A stretch of 63,628 bases of DNA, counting the filler, from Pelomyxa schiedti (Eukaryota; Protista; Evosea): assembly GCA_020536535.1 (NCBI GenBank). It is 5 parts of 5 records of this genome, joined end to end, with 100 filler letters (N's around TTAATTAATTAA, not from the genome) between each part and the next. Parts side by side here need not be neighbours in the genome. Positions count along the whole stretch, not along the records: positions 1 to 24,994 come from JAHLWZ010000537.1; 4 more parts are not named here. One strand, written 5' to 3'. The position numbers and the translations under genes were made by a program. Shown here piece after piece: positions 1 through 13,554 of the stretch. The notes under the pieces were generated by a model, which did not search any database, was not told the DNA's origin, and saw only the letters and a program-made list of their open reading frames with translations. Every line of letters starts with the position of its first letter. Positions within the stretch are counted from its first letter, which is position 1.

Positions 1-923
1 AGACGACGGACGGCACAGCTGCTGCGAGAGCAGAACCAGAAAAATCCGAGACCCGCAAAAAGCCAGCATGTTCACTTCCCTCACTTCCATCACCTTCACA
101 GACAGAGTTGATGCCTCCACCAAAAATCAACAAGACAGTGAATGGAGATGTGAAGAACTCAAAGATCGTGACGAGTAGTCAACATTGCTCACCAGCAGAG
201 CACACTGCAATACCACAGAAAGATAGTTCCAAGAAGAGGTGCAGCGATATGAATCCGGAAAATGCTGGTTCTACCAAGCAGAATCCTGAGTTAATCTCAC
301 GGAAGGAACCTCCACAACCAGATCAAAGTTCTTCTATGAGACTACGAGGCAACTATAAAAATACATTGCGGCTTCCACAACGGAATCTGAGGGCTGTGGA
401 AAAGGATCACCACCAACAGCAGCAGACAAGGCAAACGAGTGTGAATCAACACAATTCTGAGAACAGGAAACCAGTTGAAAGGAGCCATGACAACTCAACA
501 AGAAAGAGGATTCCATCCGGCTGGGATGTAATAACCCCTTCCCCATCTCATTCCAGAAGGCGGAGCAGGAGCAGGAGCAAGAGCATAGGTAGAAGAAGCA
601 AGAGCAGGAGCAGGGAAAAAACGAAGAGAGGAAGCAGCCCCCGAAGGCACAAGGGACCAACGAGCAGAAGCCCGACAAGGAGGGAAGACATCAGTGTTCA
701 CAAAATAATTTCAAGCCACGGTGGTGCCCCACTGCACTCTGCTCCCGAGAGAGGAAGACAACAACAAGAACAACAACAGCACCGGGATGTGAGAGCAGAA
801 ACACGCCAAACACCATCGATCAACAGTGAGGAGAAAAAAGAAGTTGTGGTTGTTGTGCCTTGTGCTCCTGTGTTCACTTCCACTTTCCCCTCTTCCGTTG
901 AATCAATCCCTGAAAAATACACA
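1..923 (+). CDS. Partial copy (middle, RS-tract region) of the tandem RS/QP-rich family gene; paralogue or alternative haplotype of about 3046-3983
   Basis: Near-identical to about 3046-3983, with SNPs (KDSSKK vs KDISKK, SMRLRG vs SVRPRG) and shorter Q and RS tracts. Truncated by the window start and the gap at 924-1023. Confidence 0.7.
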
Positions 924-1023
924 NNNNNNNNNNNNNNNNNNNNNNNNNNNNNNNNNNNNNNNNNNNNNNNNNNNNNNNNNNNNNNNNNNNNNNNNNNNNN
1001 NNNNNNNNNNNNNNNNNNNNNNN

Positions 1024-1244
1024 TGAGGGATTACGAAAACTTGCTCCGAGTAGCAGAACTCTATGACTGGTTTTCCATGGAGCGGGATTACGTGGAAGCT
1101 TTGTGCCTCTATCAAACACCTCCACCAGGATTCCCAGTCGCACTGCCCACTGGATTCTTCCCGCTCCGTTGCTGTCTGATGAATGATAGGACCCATATGG
1201 CTCTCCTTTTGATATGGCTTATTCGATGCAACGAAATGTTGTAA
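1024..1244 (+). CDS. 3' end of another family paralogue (type B), conserved C-terminal domain
   Basis: ENLLRVAELYDWFSMERDYVEAL..PPPGFPVALPTGFFPLRCCLMNDRTH..LL.WLIRC matches the family C-terminus. Its DNA and 3' flank resemble about 23317-23510. The ORF-track fusion with 108-923 runs across Ns and is not real evidence. Confidence 0.7.
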
Positions 1245-2000
1245 CGTGGGAATCTCTGGAGACAGAAGAGACCAGAAAGCTGCCGATGTGTGAGATGTGA
1301 CGGCCTAACACCTATTGTATTCAATAACGAAAGAATATTTATTTGACGAAAACACTTTCCTGTATCTCCAAGTTGCTTTTTGAAAAGGAAAAATTTTGAA
1401 AGCCAATCTACGACTCGAAGGAGGAACAAAAAAATTTTTTTGTTTGTTCTCGTTTTCGGGAAGTGTCTTTCAACAAAGAGCTGGTCCTTTTCTCTTCAAA
1501 ACTTTGCTTTGCTCTTCAAAACTCCATACTTCACCACCTTTTAATCTTCGAACATGGGAGATCACAGTGTAATCATATTTTGTAGCACGTGAGCCTCATT
1601 TGGACTTTTCCATGCGCTTGCTTGCGTGTCGACGGGAATGGCATTCAAACTTTGTTTTTGGTCACGGTTGGTCTCATTCGATGTGGATGCTGAATAAATG
1701 ACCTAACATCTTTATGCCGCTAGTCCTTAACTGGAGGACATATTCTATGAACATTGCCATGCCAAGTTCACAGGATGCAAAACGATCATGAAACAAAACT
1801 GAACAATGTTGACTGGCATCTGCTTTGTACCTGTGGTATTAAGAAGAAGAACAAAAACGTGGTCCCTAGTCAGTAAGAACGTTGACATGCTACTAAACCC
1901 TTGCTCAGAACTTCCCAGAGAACTAAGGAATATGGTGTGATAAATGGGTATCTTTTATCTTCCTTTACTGGTACTATTAGGCCACTAACTACTAAGCTAA

Positions 2001-2387
2001 AAACAGAATGGCGGTGACTCTGTCTGGTTTTGCGATGTTTTTCGTGACGGGCACAACATCAGATTTGAAGAAGTGGACGGAACACGCCGAGACTGGGAAA
2101 ACAAGCCAACATCAAGGTGCAGTGCTTTTGGGAAATCTGTGGGATAATCAGTAGGTACGCCAAGTTGCCAACTGTCAATTTGGGCCAGACTTCAAAGATC
2201 AAAATGCACATTCTCCCATTTTCTATGTGCCTGACGTAAATCACCGTCCAAAAAAGTCCAGCCACCTTTGTTTTCTTTCTATGCCAGTCCGAGCGAAAAA
2301 TGGAAGAAAACATAAAATACGAACCAAACAAACATACAAAAGTTGCAGAAAAACTCCTTCAAGAATTCATTCTCCTCCCTCCCATCG
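2001..2387 (+). promoter_or_regulatory. Conserved upstream block of type-A paralogues
   Basis: Closely matches about 11800-12200, including an identical stretch of about 115 bp (GCCAACATCAAGGTGCAG...CACATTCTCCCATTT). A diverged copy is at about 24275-24380. Contains CAAGTTG and CAACTG. Confidence 0.55.
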
Positions 2388-3612
2388 ATGCAGGCCTGTC
2401 CCCCGAGCTCTTCGTCGTCCGGCAGTTCGTCTTCAGGTGAGGACGATGCCCACGTCATGGCACTCTCGCGCCAAAACACAGTCCCAGTCGGTAGCGTTGC
2501 AGTGGACCCCACAACCGGCCTTCCAGTGTTTGTTTTTACCTCGGGATACCAACAGCAGCAGAACAATCCTCAGCAGCAACCCTTGGTGGTCAACTACCCA
2601 TCCACACAGCAATTTTATCAAAACGGCACGACAAAATCGCGCTCACAAAAAAGGAACAATGGAGCCAAGTTGCCTCGCGCCGTGGTCTCTGTTTGTTCCT
2701 CCGCTTCTTCGCCTTATTGTTGTATCAACAAAGGTTCGTCGAATTATGCGCCCTCGGCTAATCCCTTGGGCTGCTTCACTCCCTTTCCTGGTATTGTCAC
2801 TTTCCCGCAGAACGATCCGACGATGTGGATACGGGCTGCTCCTCAGAGTTCTGTTTGGTCGGGTTCCACCCACCTGGTCCACCCCCAGCCTGCACCTCGT
2901 CGTCATTCTCGTCATCTGCATCCTCCACAAGTACCTCCAGCAGTCTCTGCACTGGAGACAGAGTACCAGGCTGTAGCTTCTACTTCAACAAAGAAACCAA
3001 CAAAAAGAAAAACAAAAGGATCTTTTGGTTTTGTGGAGAAGGCACAGACGACGGACGGCACAGCTGCTGCGAGAGCAGAACCAGAAAAATCCGAGACCCG
3101 CAAAAAGCCAGCATGTTCACTTCCCTCACTTCCATCACCTTCACAGACAGAGTTGATGCCTCCACCCAAAATCAATAAGACAGTGAATGGAGATGTGAAG
3201 AACTCAAAGATCGTGACGAGTAGTCAACATTGCTCACCAGCAGAGCACACTGCAATACCACAGAAAGATATCTCCAAGAAGAGGTGCAGCGATATGAATC
3301 CGGAAAATGCTGGTTCTACCAAGCAGAATCCTGAGTTAATCTCACGGAAGGAACCTCCACAACCAGATCAAAGTTCTTCTGTGAGACCACGAGGCAACTA
3401 TAAAAATACATTGCGGCTTCCACAACGGAATCTGAGGGCTGTGGAAAAGGATCACCACCAACAGCAGCAGCAGCAGATAAGGCAAACGAGTGTGAATCAA
3501 CACAATTCTGAGAACAGGAAACCAGTTGAAAGGAGTCATGACAACTCAACAAGAAAGAGGATTCCATCCGGCTGGGATGTAATAACCCCTTCCCCATCTC
3601 ATTCCAGAAGGC

Positions 3613-3649
<37 letters not shown>

Positions 3650-6176
3650 AGGTAGAAGAAGCAAGAGCAGGAGCAGGGAAAAAACGAAGAGAGGAAGCGG
3701 CCCCCGAAGGCACAAGGGACCAACGAGTAGAAGCCCGACAAGGAGGGAAGACATCAGTATTCACAAAATAATTTCAAGCCACGGTGGTGCCCCCCTGCAC
3801 TCTGCTCCCGAGAGAGGAAGACAACAACAAGAACAACAACAGCACCGAGATGTGAGAGCAGAAAGACGCCAAACACCATCGATCAACAGTGAGGAGAAAA
3901 AAGAAGTTGTGGTTGTTGTGCCTTGTGCTCCTGTGTTCACTTCCACTTTCCCCTCTTCCGTTGAATCAATCCCTGAAAAATACACAGCAAAGTCAGTGCG
4001 ACCTGAATTTTGTTGTGGCGCTGCTGATGAGGCACCAGAAAATTCCGTTTCCGAATCAACAAGCGCCCTGATCCAAGAAGACCCCATCATCAACAACAGC
4101 CAAGAGATTCCGAGCGGCGATCTCAGTCCTGATTCTGCGGAATCTGATATCTCAAATCCGCATCAGACCACGTCGGCTCGGCCCATCCAACAACATGCCG
4201 AAGTTTCCTCAGAACTCAACGGAAAACCCTCTCCTCCTCATCAAGTCTCCTCTCAAATTGTTATCACCACGCCACAGCCGCAGCCACAACCAGCACCACT
4301 CGAAGTACCACCTCCTCTTCCTGCTTCCCCATCACCACCACCTCGCCAGAGTGAGGCTATTATCATCAATATCACAAGCCCGGCTCCCCCTGATCTGTCA
4401 CCGGTCCTGTCGCCGTCGAATAAAGATGCCTCCTCGTCTGGCAGCTCTTCCTCTGTTTCATCCACCGGGGATCCTTCACGTCTTCCCAACGAAATTGATG
4501 CAGAAATGAAGGAAGTCTCTCCAATGGAACCCCTCAGATCGGCAGATGCAACTGAAAATAACACATGGAGAACAGATGCTTCTACTCCTAGGCTCCCGAG
4601 TTGTGCTGCCGTGGTTCCAGACCTCAGTAACCCTGTGGGCACTTTTGGGCAAGAGAAGAGAGAGACAGCAGGAGTGTCAGCATCAAGTGAGGAGATGCTT
4701 CAGCAGCAAGTTCCACCTTCACAAGCAGAAGAAGCAACAGAAGACGAAGCAGTAGCGGCACCTCTTTTTGATATTCTTCAGCAGTTTCTGGAAAGTCAGA
4801 CGGTAATGGATCAAGCCATTGAGCAAAGTGGACCTTTCCATCCTCTGCCACTGATAGCAACAAATCCAGAGGGTGTCGAAGAACAAGAGCCAATTAGAAA
4901 TGGAAGCTCAGAAGTTCCACCTGCACAACAAAGTGGCGTTCTTCCACACAGCTTTCAGCCCCCCGCTATATTCAGCCAATACGCTTACGGGGGGTATCCT
5001 CCGGAAACAAACGGGTTTGCTGGTGGAGATTCACAGCAGCTGGCGCACTCCCCTTCGTTCAATGCTGACCCAGCAGCTTTCCCCTCCCAGAACTTGGATC
5101 CCACACAGGAGGTCAATCAACTGCCCAATTCGTACTCGGGAAATTCAGTGTTCACACAAAGCTGTGCGGCTCCACTTGCAGGGACAACAGATCCCTCCAA
5201 TCATCTCGGGGTGATGCCGATGCCATCACCAGCATGCGTAACTCATCCCTTCCTGAATGATACAAGCCCATTGGATCCCTTGATAAGCAGTTTGTCTGAT
5301 TTTATGTTTCCTGCCAGGCCGATTGTAGATAAGGCGGCGTTCCTTCGTGATCTCATTTCATCTTTGGAGAAAGATTCAGCTTCAGCTTGGGAGCGTCGGG
5401 ATTTCTCACACCAAATCGTGTTGTATGTCTCGAAAGTTTTAGTAACACTCATCTCACTCTGCTTCAGGGATGTGTCCTGCCAACTGCTGAAAGGAAGATA
5501 TCTTGCTGAGAGATACACCTTGTTGTGCACTGAAACAAACGCAGTGTTGGTAACACTATCCGTTAGAGCCAATAACAAAGAGAAAGCTGCACCCTCTCAG
5601 GCACCTCCGGCATCATCAGGCTCCGTTCAGCAACCACCTCACGAATCGCCACTGCTTCTTGGTCCCCCACTCGGTGCCGGCGTTGATTTTGACGACTCAA
5701 TTCCATTTGATAATATCCCGCTTGCCCATCAGCCTTACCAGCAACAATACGCGGTTCAGGTGTTTGCGCCCCCAACCAATACTCAGCCCCAAATCCCACA
5801 ACCACCAACACCACTCCCTGTTCCCCTGATTCAACAACAGCAACCACCAGCAGCACCCCCTCCACAGCCACAACAACAACAGCTACCAGCAGTGCTAAGT
5901 ACCAGGAGGTTGCGCAGAAAGATGGAGAGGCTGTGCATATGGCACGGAATGCAGCTGAAATACATGGAGACCATGCTCATTCCGCCCCAACGGTGGACCC
6001 CGTACGGAATCCCGCCGCTTCCAACAACCCAGTTCCCGCATTGCTGCTTCACGGTCGACGATAATCACGTGAAGGAGCTCTGGCAGTGGGTCCGTCTATG
6101 CCGGGCTATGCTGGAGAGCGAACCGTCTGAGAACACTCCGTCACGCCAGAGCCCTGGTGACTCCTCCAATTCGTGA
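2388..6176 (+). CDS. Uncharacterised RS-tract, S/P/Q-rich protein with conserved C-terminal domain (paralogue A1); predicted 45-nt intron 5423-5467
   Basis: 1277-codon ORF, first ATG at 2388 (MQACPP, homologous to MQGCPS at 12202). RS tract at about 3605-3680; C-terminal QLLKGRYL and GMQLKYME motifs. GTATGT...TTCAG intron at the position shared with paralogues. Confidence 0.85.
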
Positions 6177-6998
6177 CCTATCATGTGTATGCTCTGGTTG
6201 ACTGTCAGCTTCAGCCTATTGCTTCATCTTTTTGTTTCTGTAGTTTTATTTTTTTTTGGTTTTTTTTATGATAGGAGTGTGCTTGTTGTTTGTTGGCAAT
6301 CTTAGGAACTTGGTTTCGAGGAAACAATCAAAAATTTTGGTTCAGCTTCTAATCAAAAAACCATGCCCCGATCGCAGCCTTGGACTGATTGTGACAGGTC
6401 CAACCACAACACCAGATCACGAATGAACTGCCCATAAGTGTCATGGACACTTGGGCGTCTTCTCAGAGCACAGATCCCAAGTTGGGACCATCAAGGATAG
6501 GCAATGTTTGTGTTTCACTCGGACATTTTAATGAAGGAAAGGAAGGTTCAAGAAACCCTCTTCATGGTCACCTACGACTCAAGAGTGACACAGAGGGAGT
6601 GTTGTCATCAAACATCTATTTTTCCCAATGCCGGCGACATCCGTCCTTCTCAGGATGTTTGGACAAATTAGTGGTCGTTGATGGCGGCTGTGATTGGCGA
6701 TTTGCCCACACAAGAACATCAACCCCAGATGCCAGTTGGTAAGTTGGCACTGCCAACCAAGTTGATGTTGCAAGTGACATTTACACGAAACACTTTGAGC
6801 TGTCGGTACTGCTGCCTGAATCTGATCTGTTGGCTGGTCCTTTTTTTGGCGCCGCTGGAGGCAAAACGAAATGTTTCTTCAGAGGGTTCCATGAAGGCAA
6901 CCAAAGGAAACGGACGAAACTTACTTACACACAGCCAAAACTCGCCCACTTTTTGCCAAGCCAATCCACAGGCGCACCCTCCCCACACTCCTCCCACA

Positions 6999-9900
6999 AT
7001 GTCACACTTCCCGCCTCCCCTTCCCTTGTATTCCTATTCGTATCCCTTTCCCGTCTCGTTGCCAATTCCCTCGCCTGAATGTGGCTCCTCGTCCTCATCT
7101 TCCTCTGCTGAAGATGCCTCCTCGTCTCCATCTTCCTCCCCCAACGTTGTCCAATTCCGAGGTAACGTGGCTGACACGTGCCCTCGCCTTGTAGTTATGG
7201 GACCCAGCATACCAACTGGACTGTATCCTGCTCTTTATCCACCTGGAAATACGCCGATGCAACAAGCACACTTTCTTCCACTGAATTTACCGCAAGCGCA
7301 GCACCCTTCGAACTGCAGGAAGTCACATCGAAGGCAATCTGCAACCCCAAACAACCTGGTGCAATATTGGCCGAATCCTGCTGGTCCAGCTCAGAATCTT
7401 CCAATCACCCCTCAAAAGATGCCTCCCCCTCGGATATTAAGACATCCCGCTCGGCCTCGTCGTGTTCACAATAGAGTGACACTCGTTCCCATTCCACAAA
7501 ATCAAATGCAGATGGAAAACACAGCTTGCAGTCCCGTCACTACAGTCACAACTAACACTCCAGTAAGATCAACCAGAAAAGACTCGGAAAAGGGATGTTT
7601 GAGTTCTACTGGAAAGGGTGAAGTCCGAACTGCGAAACCTATCAAACCTGAGAAACATAACAAACCAGCAGCCCCTCAGAAAGAAACCCATGCAAATAAG
7701 ATGCCTCCACCCAAGATCAGCAGGAAAGCGAATGGGGATCTCCAAACTTCAAGGACCATCTCGGAGCAAGGCGCACCTGTGGGCAAAGGACAAAAACAAA
7801 AAGAAATTCCTGAAAAGAAAACATCCACTGTAGCAGCTCCGAATTGCGTTTCTAGCAGTACCAGCACCAGCACCACACTAACACCCCCACCTCAGAAGAA
7901 GGAAGTGCGGCACTCAAACCAACCCTCTTCTGCAACACCTCGAGAAAACAATCGGTTTGTCACCCCGCCGTCACAGCAGAAGCAGCAACATTTTACTTCC
8001 TTAGATCCACGCCAGCCAAGACAGTCGAGTGGACATCACTGTTCTGAAAACGCAGGGAGCCAAGACAATCATACAAGGAAGAGAGGACCATCAAATAGTG
8101 ATGTCAAACACACCACTCAGAGGAGAGACAACAAGAATCGAAGTCGAAGCAAAAGTCGAAGTCGAAGTGGAACCAGAAGAAGGAGAAGTAGAAGTAGAAG
8201 TAGATCCAGAAGCAGGAGCAACAGCCGAAGCGGGAATAGAAACGGAAATAGAAATAAAAATAGAAGCAGGAGTAAAGAGATATCAAGAAAAGAAAGCAGC
8301 CCTCTAAGGCATGCCAGACAAACAGATAGAAGGCCCACAGAACAGAAAAGCCATTCCAAGAGTCACAGTCCACCGATGGCATCCAGAAAGAGCGATTCCA
8401 TCACTCAGAATGCAACGGAGGGAACCGCAGAGCGCGAGCGAGAACAACATTACTGCAGTGTGAAATCTGAAACCCTCCAAACACAGAGCAACAGTAATGG
8501 AAAAAGTGGGGTTGTGCCTTGTTCCGTATCCATCTCCACTTCCGCTTCCACCACATGCTCTGTAACTCCAGTAGAATCACGTTCTCCAGCTCCATACACA
8601 CCTCCTCCTCCAGTTCCAACTCCAACCCCAGTATCAGCTTCAGCTCCGATTCCTGAGCTGACTGTGCGAGCCCAATCACCAGTCCTGCCGTTAGTCTCAG
8701 CCCCAATCAAAGAGTTGGAGCCGAAGGAAGGTCAAATCTCTGACTCTGGAGATCTGATGCAAAGTGATGCAACTGAAGATAAAAACTTGTTAAGTTATGC
8801 AACCCAAGAGGAAACTATTCCACCGCTGAAAGAGGCAGTCGAAACAATTCAACTCGATAATTCTACAAACCAAATTCAAGGATTCTCCACACTTCTCAGC
8901 TGTGTATCTCAGTCCGAGGAAAACCATATTATAGAATCCAATATCACAACACCAGGAGTAACTGCCTCCAGTATTCCACTTCTGACCCCTCTGAGTAATA
9001 CAAGCATCAATACTTGTAACATCAGCATCATCACAAGTCCCCCTCCTCCCCTCCTATCACCAATGATTACAGATGCCCCGAATAACTCCTCTTTATCCCC
9101 GTCATATCTGCGGCGTATTTCCAATGAGGAATCCACTGAAAATAACGAACACAAAAAAGGGGTGCCGGAATTAGTGGTATCTGATCTTCTCCAAAACTCA
9201 GAGATGGCAGTGCCACTATCTCCTCATTCAGTTCTCAAGACGTTACCACAGGTTATGACAACACAAGGTCCACAAGCAGTGGAGGTCTCAGCAGAGAGCG
9301 TGGAGGTCGCCCCTCAACAGCGTTTAATAGCTTCTTATTCCAACTGCGAAACTGTGCATGTCACAGACCCAACCGCACATCAAAGCACACAGGGCATAAG
9401 CATTGACCCTCTTCCGCTGTTGGAAGGAGAATCAACGAACCGGGTGACTGAAGAAGGAGAGGTAAATACAGGTTCTGGGATCCCTGACCACACTCATACA
9501 AGCCCCGGTGACTGCCCAGAATCTTTCCCGCATTCTATGTCTCCACCACTGTCCTCAAACGGTGTTGGTACAGTGTGCACACGAAGCCTCCCTGCAACGT
9601 ATTCAGGATCCGCCGCAAGTACCCCTGATAGTTTCACAAGGCATCCGTTGCATTCCGGGAGTATTCCACCCCCATCACCAGCGTGTCAACCTCACCCGTC
9701 CTTTGACTCTGATGCGGCTTCGACTCCAATGGATAAGCTGATAAAGGACTTGTCAGATTTTCTAAATCTGCCGCCGGTCAGTCATCCATCACTCTGGTCA
9801 ATTTTTGTTGATGAACTATACAGGGAACACCGAACAAAATCAAAGAGAAGTGCCTTTTTGACCTTATCCATTTTCTGGAAGGAGCTGCCCGTTCTGCATA

Positions 9901-10770
9901 TCAACAGGGAGATATCCACACATTTGTTTTGTATGTGCTCTCTCAATACTGTTAAATCCCGAAAGAGCTCACCCTCGAAATGAATACAGCTACCACTCCT
10001 GCCAGCTGCTCAAGGGAAGATACCTCACCGAGAAATTCGGTTTGATTTGCTCTCGCACAAATGCCGTGTTGGTGGGCCAGTCCATCAGAGCCGCTAAAGA
10101 AAAAGCCAAGAAAGCGGAGCGTTCCCAGGCACATTCAACAGCAACATGTTCGGTTCACCAACCACCCCCTGAGTCCCAACAACTCATTCAAGGTACTTCT
10201 GGTGACATGGATTTCCGTGATTCCTTCTCATCGATGCTGTCAGCACCACCGACGACTGAACCGCAGTCACTATCTTCTCCACCTGACAGGCCGCAACGGT
10301 ATGAACAGACAGAACAACAACCACATCAAACGGCAGACATTTCCTCATTCCAGCCTCCTCAGACCTGGCTCTCAGCACAGAATCAACCACCGCCATCACC
10401 ACTCCCAATGCCCGATCTTCAACAACCACACCTCTCTCAGAATGAGCAACAGCATGCACAACAGCCACAACCACAGCAGGTTCAGCAGCCAACGCCACTG
10501 CACGGCAAGAGGTTGATCAGGATGCAGGATTCGGTGAGCGTTTGGATGGGAATGCAACTGAAATACCTGGAGGCTCTGTTCTTTCCATCACCACCTGATT
10601 TCCCAGTACCACCACCCACACAGCACTTCCCGCGGTGTTGCTTTCTGGTGGATGACAGGTTTCACACGAGTCTCCTTCTTCAGTGGGCTATTCGCTGCAG
10701 AGAAGTGCTGGATCATGACGCCCCAGTGAACACTCCACAACACCAAAGCCCCTGTGACAGCCACTGGTAG
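6999..10770 (+). CDS. Uncharacterised RS-tract protein, family paralogue C; introns 9777-9823 and 9931-9989
   Basis: ORFs 6678-9983 and 10042-10770 join in frame through two GT-AG introns (47 and 59 nt), giving FLNLPP|GTPNK...FVF|YHSCQLLKGRYL. MPPPKI, RS and GMQLKYLE motifs are shared with A1. Start could be ATG 6891. Confidence 0.8.
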
Positions 10771-12201
10771 TTTGAGAGTCTTTTCTTTTGGAAATTTATA
10801 TTTTTAAAAAACGCAGCCGTTTTCAGGTCATCACATCTGTTATCGGAAGGGTTTTGTGAGGTTGGTGGAGATGCACCGTTCGGCAACACCACATCATGTT
10901 TGGGCAGAGGGTAAAAAACGGGATTAAAATTGCTCATGGGTATTTGAGGGAGGTTGCCACCTTTACATCTTTCTCTGAGTTCGGGTCTCTCTTCCTCCAT
11001 TTCCAGCAGTCATTCTCTCCTTTGGTTCTCCCAGGCTGGAGATACCTCAAACGACAGATGAAGACCTGCAGGCTGAAGAACCCATTCTCTTCAAGGATTT
11101 GAGTACTGATTACAATTCATCCACTGACTGCACCTTCATCTTCCTTTCGTAAAAGCAAGGTGCAAAGATGCTGGCCCTATCATCTGGTGATAATTTGACT
11201 GTACTTCATGACTGCTTGGTGTGAAGTCAGCAATGGGTCATTTGATCACAGCTCTGGCAGATTTTCGGTCTCCAAAGCCTGTTTTCACTATTACATGGGA
11301 GCTTGTTGCTCTATCTATCAGCAGAAGAAACCAGGAAGCTGGCCAATGTCTGTGTGCCTGTTACACTCTTTATTTGAAAACACTTTCGTGTGCCAAGTTG
11401 CTGTTTGATAAGGAAAAAACCCAACTGATGACTTGGAATAAGCGTAACAAAAAAAAGTGGTTTCGTTTTTGTCTTTCAACCGTTGGTTGAGAGCCAGTGC
11501 TTTTTCCCACAGTCTGTGCTCTTAAAAAATTACTGCAGACTTCCATTTCAACCTCACATTTCCCGGGCCCTCACCCAACACTGTTCTGTGATAGAACAGT
11601 AATGCTGCAGTCTATGAGCACTCGAAATGTCATTGAATTTGATTTTAATTTGGTACCACAATAGCGGATTGAATGCCAAACAAGACACATAGACATAGTC
11701 TCTATCAAAGATAAACTGGGTGAGTAACTGGTGATCGTGCATGTCACTCGTTGAGTTTCTAATACTTCTGCATCCCTCTGAAAGCACTGTACTCTTTGCC
11801 AAAAACAGAGTGGCGGTGACTCTGTCTGGGTTTTGTGATGTTTTTCTGAGGGGCACAACATCAGGTTTCACGAAGTGGACCATGGCGAAACTTGGAAAAC
11901 ACTGTGCGCCAACATCAAGGTGCAGTGCTTTTGGGAAATCTGTGGGATAATCAGTAGGTACGCCAAGTTGCCAACTGTCAATTTGGGCCAGACTTCAAAG
12001 ATCAAAATGCACATTCTCCCATTTCCTCTGTGCCTGCTTCCCCCGAAGGGGAACCCGTGGAGTCTTTTTGGTGGGACGAGATTTGATGTGTCCGGACTTT
12101 TCTTGCCCGGACTAAGGGCGAAAAAGGGCACGAGAAAGAAAAAATACGAACCAAACAAACATACAAAAGTTGCATTCAAAACTCCATCCACCCTTTCATC
12201 G

Positions 12202-13512
12202 ATGCAGGGCTGCCCGTCGTGCTCTTCCTCGGGCAGCAGCTCGTCCTCTGTCGAGGAGGAATGCGACGTGCACCATTTCCGGAATACCTGGTGCACCCCT
12301 GACCAAAACAGTCCAGTCTCACGCTGCTACGGTGTTGTAGTTCACCCCACCATCGGCGTTCCATTGCAGTTTGTTGCCAACTATCAACAGCAACGGCTAC
12401 TGCAACAGTACCAGCAACAGCAACAACCCTTGCTGTATTATAACTCTTATCCCCCACAGAGACAACTCAATTTCAACAAGACACCGAAATCGCGGACCTC
12501 GCGGTTACAAAAAAGGAACGCCGGGCCCAAGTTGTCCGCCTCCGCGGTCCCTGTTTCTTCCTCCACTTCTTGTACCAACGGTTCCATAAATTATCCCACT
12601 CCTGCTTCTACTTCTTTGAGCTGCTTCACTCCCTTTCCTGTCACTTTGTCACAAAATCCACCGATGATGACGCAGTGGGCTCCGCCTGCTCCTCCATCTT
12701 CTCTTTGGACTGGTTACTCTTCCACACACCTGACGGCCCCTTGTCGCCGTGCTCCGCAGAGACAAGTCCCTCCAGCTCAACCGTCATCCCTTGCATCAGA
12801 GACAGACTATCCAGCACAAGGTGGAGGTGCTCAACACACCAGTGCCACCACAACTACCCCAACAGTAGCTTCTACTTCAAAGCAACCAACAAAAAAAGAA
12901 AAAAAACCAACAACAAAAAACTCTTTTGGTTTGAAAGAAAAGCCAACTGTCACAGTGGGAGCTGCAACAGTAGCAGCACCAGAAAAGTCCGAGACTCACA
13001 AAAAGCCAGCATGCTCACTTCCATTACCTTCACAAACAGAGTTGATGCCTCCACCAAAAATCAACAAGACAGTGAATGGAGACGTGAAGAACTCAAAGGG
13101 CAAGAGTACTCAACAAACAAGCCGTTGCTCACAACCAACACAGAACACTGCAATGCCACAGAAAGAAATCGTCTCCAAAAAGAAGTGCAGTGATATGATT
13201 CCCGAGAGTGTTCATGGTGCAGAAAAGCAGCCTCCCGAGGTCATTATTTCATCACGAAAGGGAGTTTCACAACGAGATCAAAGTTCTTCTGTAAGGTCTC
13301 GAGGCAGTGATAAAACTGCGTTGCCTGCTCCACAACGGGATTTGAAGACAGCAGAAAATGATCACCACCAACAGCAGCAGACAAGGCAAACGAGTGTGCA
13401 TCAACACCATTCTGAGAACAGGAAGCCAGTTGAAAGGAGCCATGACAACTCAACAAGAAAGAGTATCACCCATTCCTTTTCTTCAAAGAGGCGAAGTAGG
13501 AGCAGAAGCAGA

Positions 13513-13554
<42 letters not shown>

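Noticed and set aside
108-1244. 378-aa ORF joining an RS region directly to the C-terminal domain
   Set aside because: It spans a 100-N gap and joins pieces of two different paralogue types.
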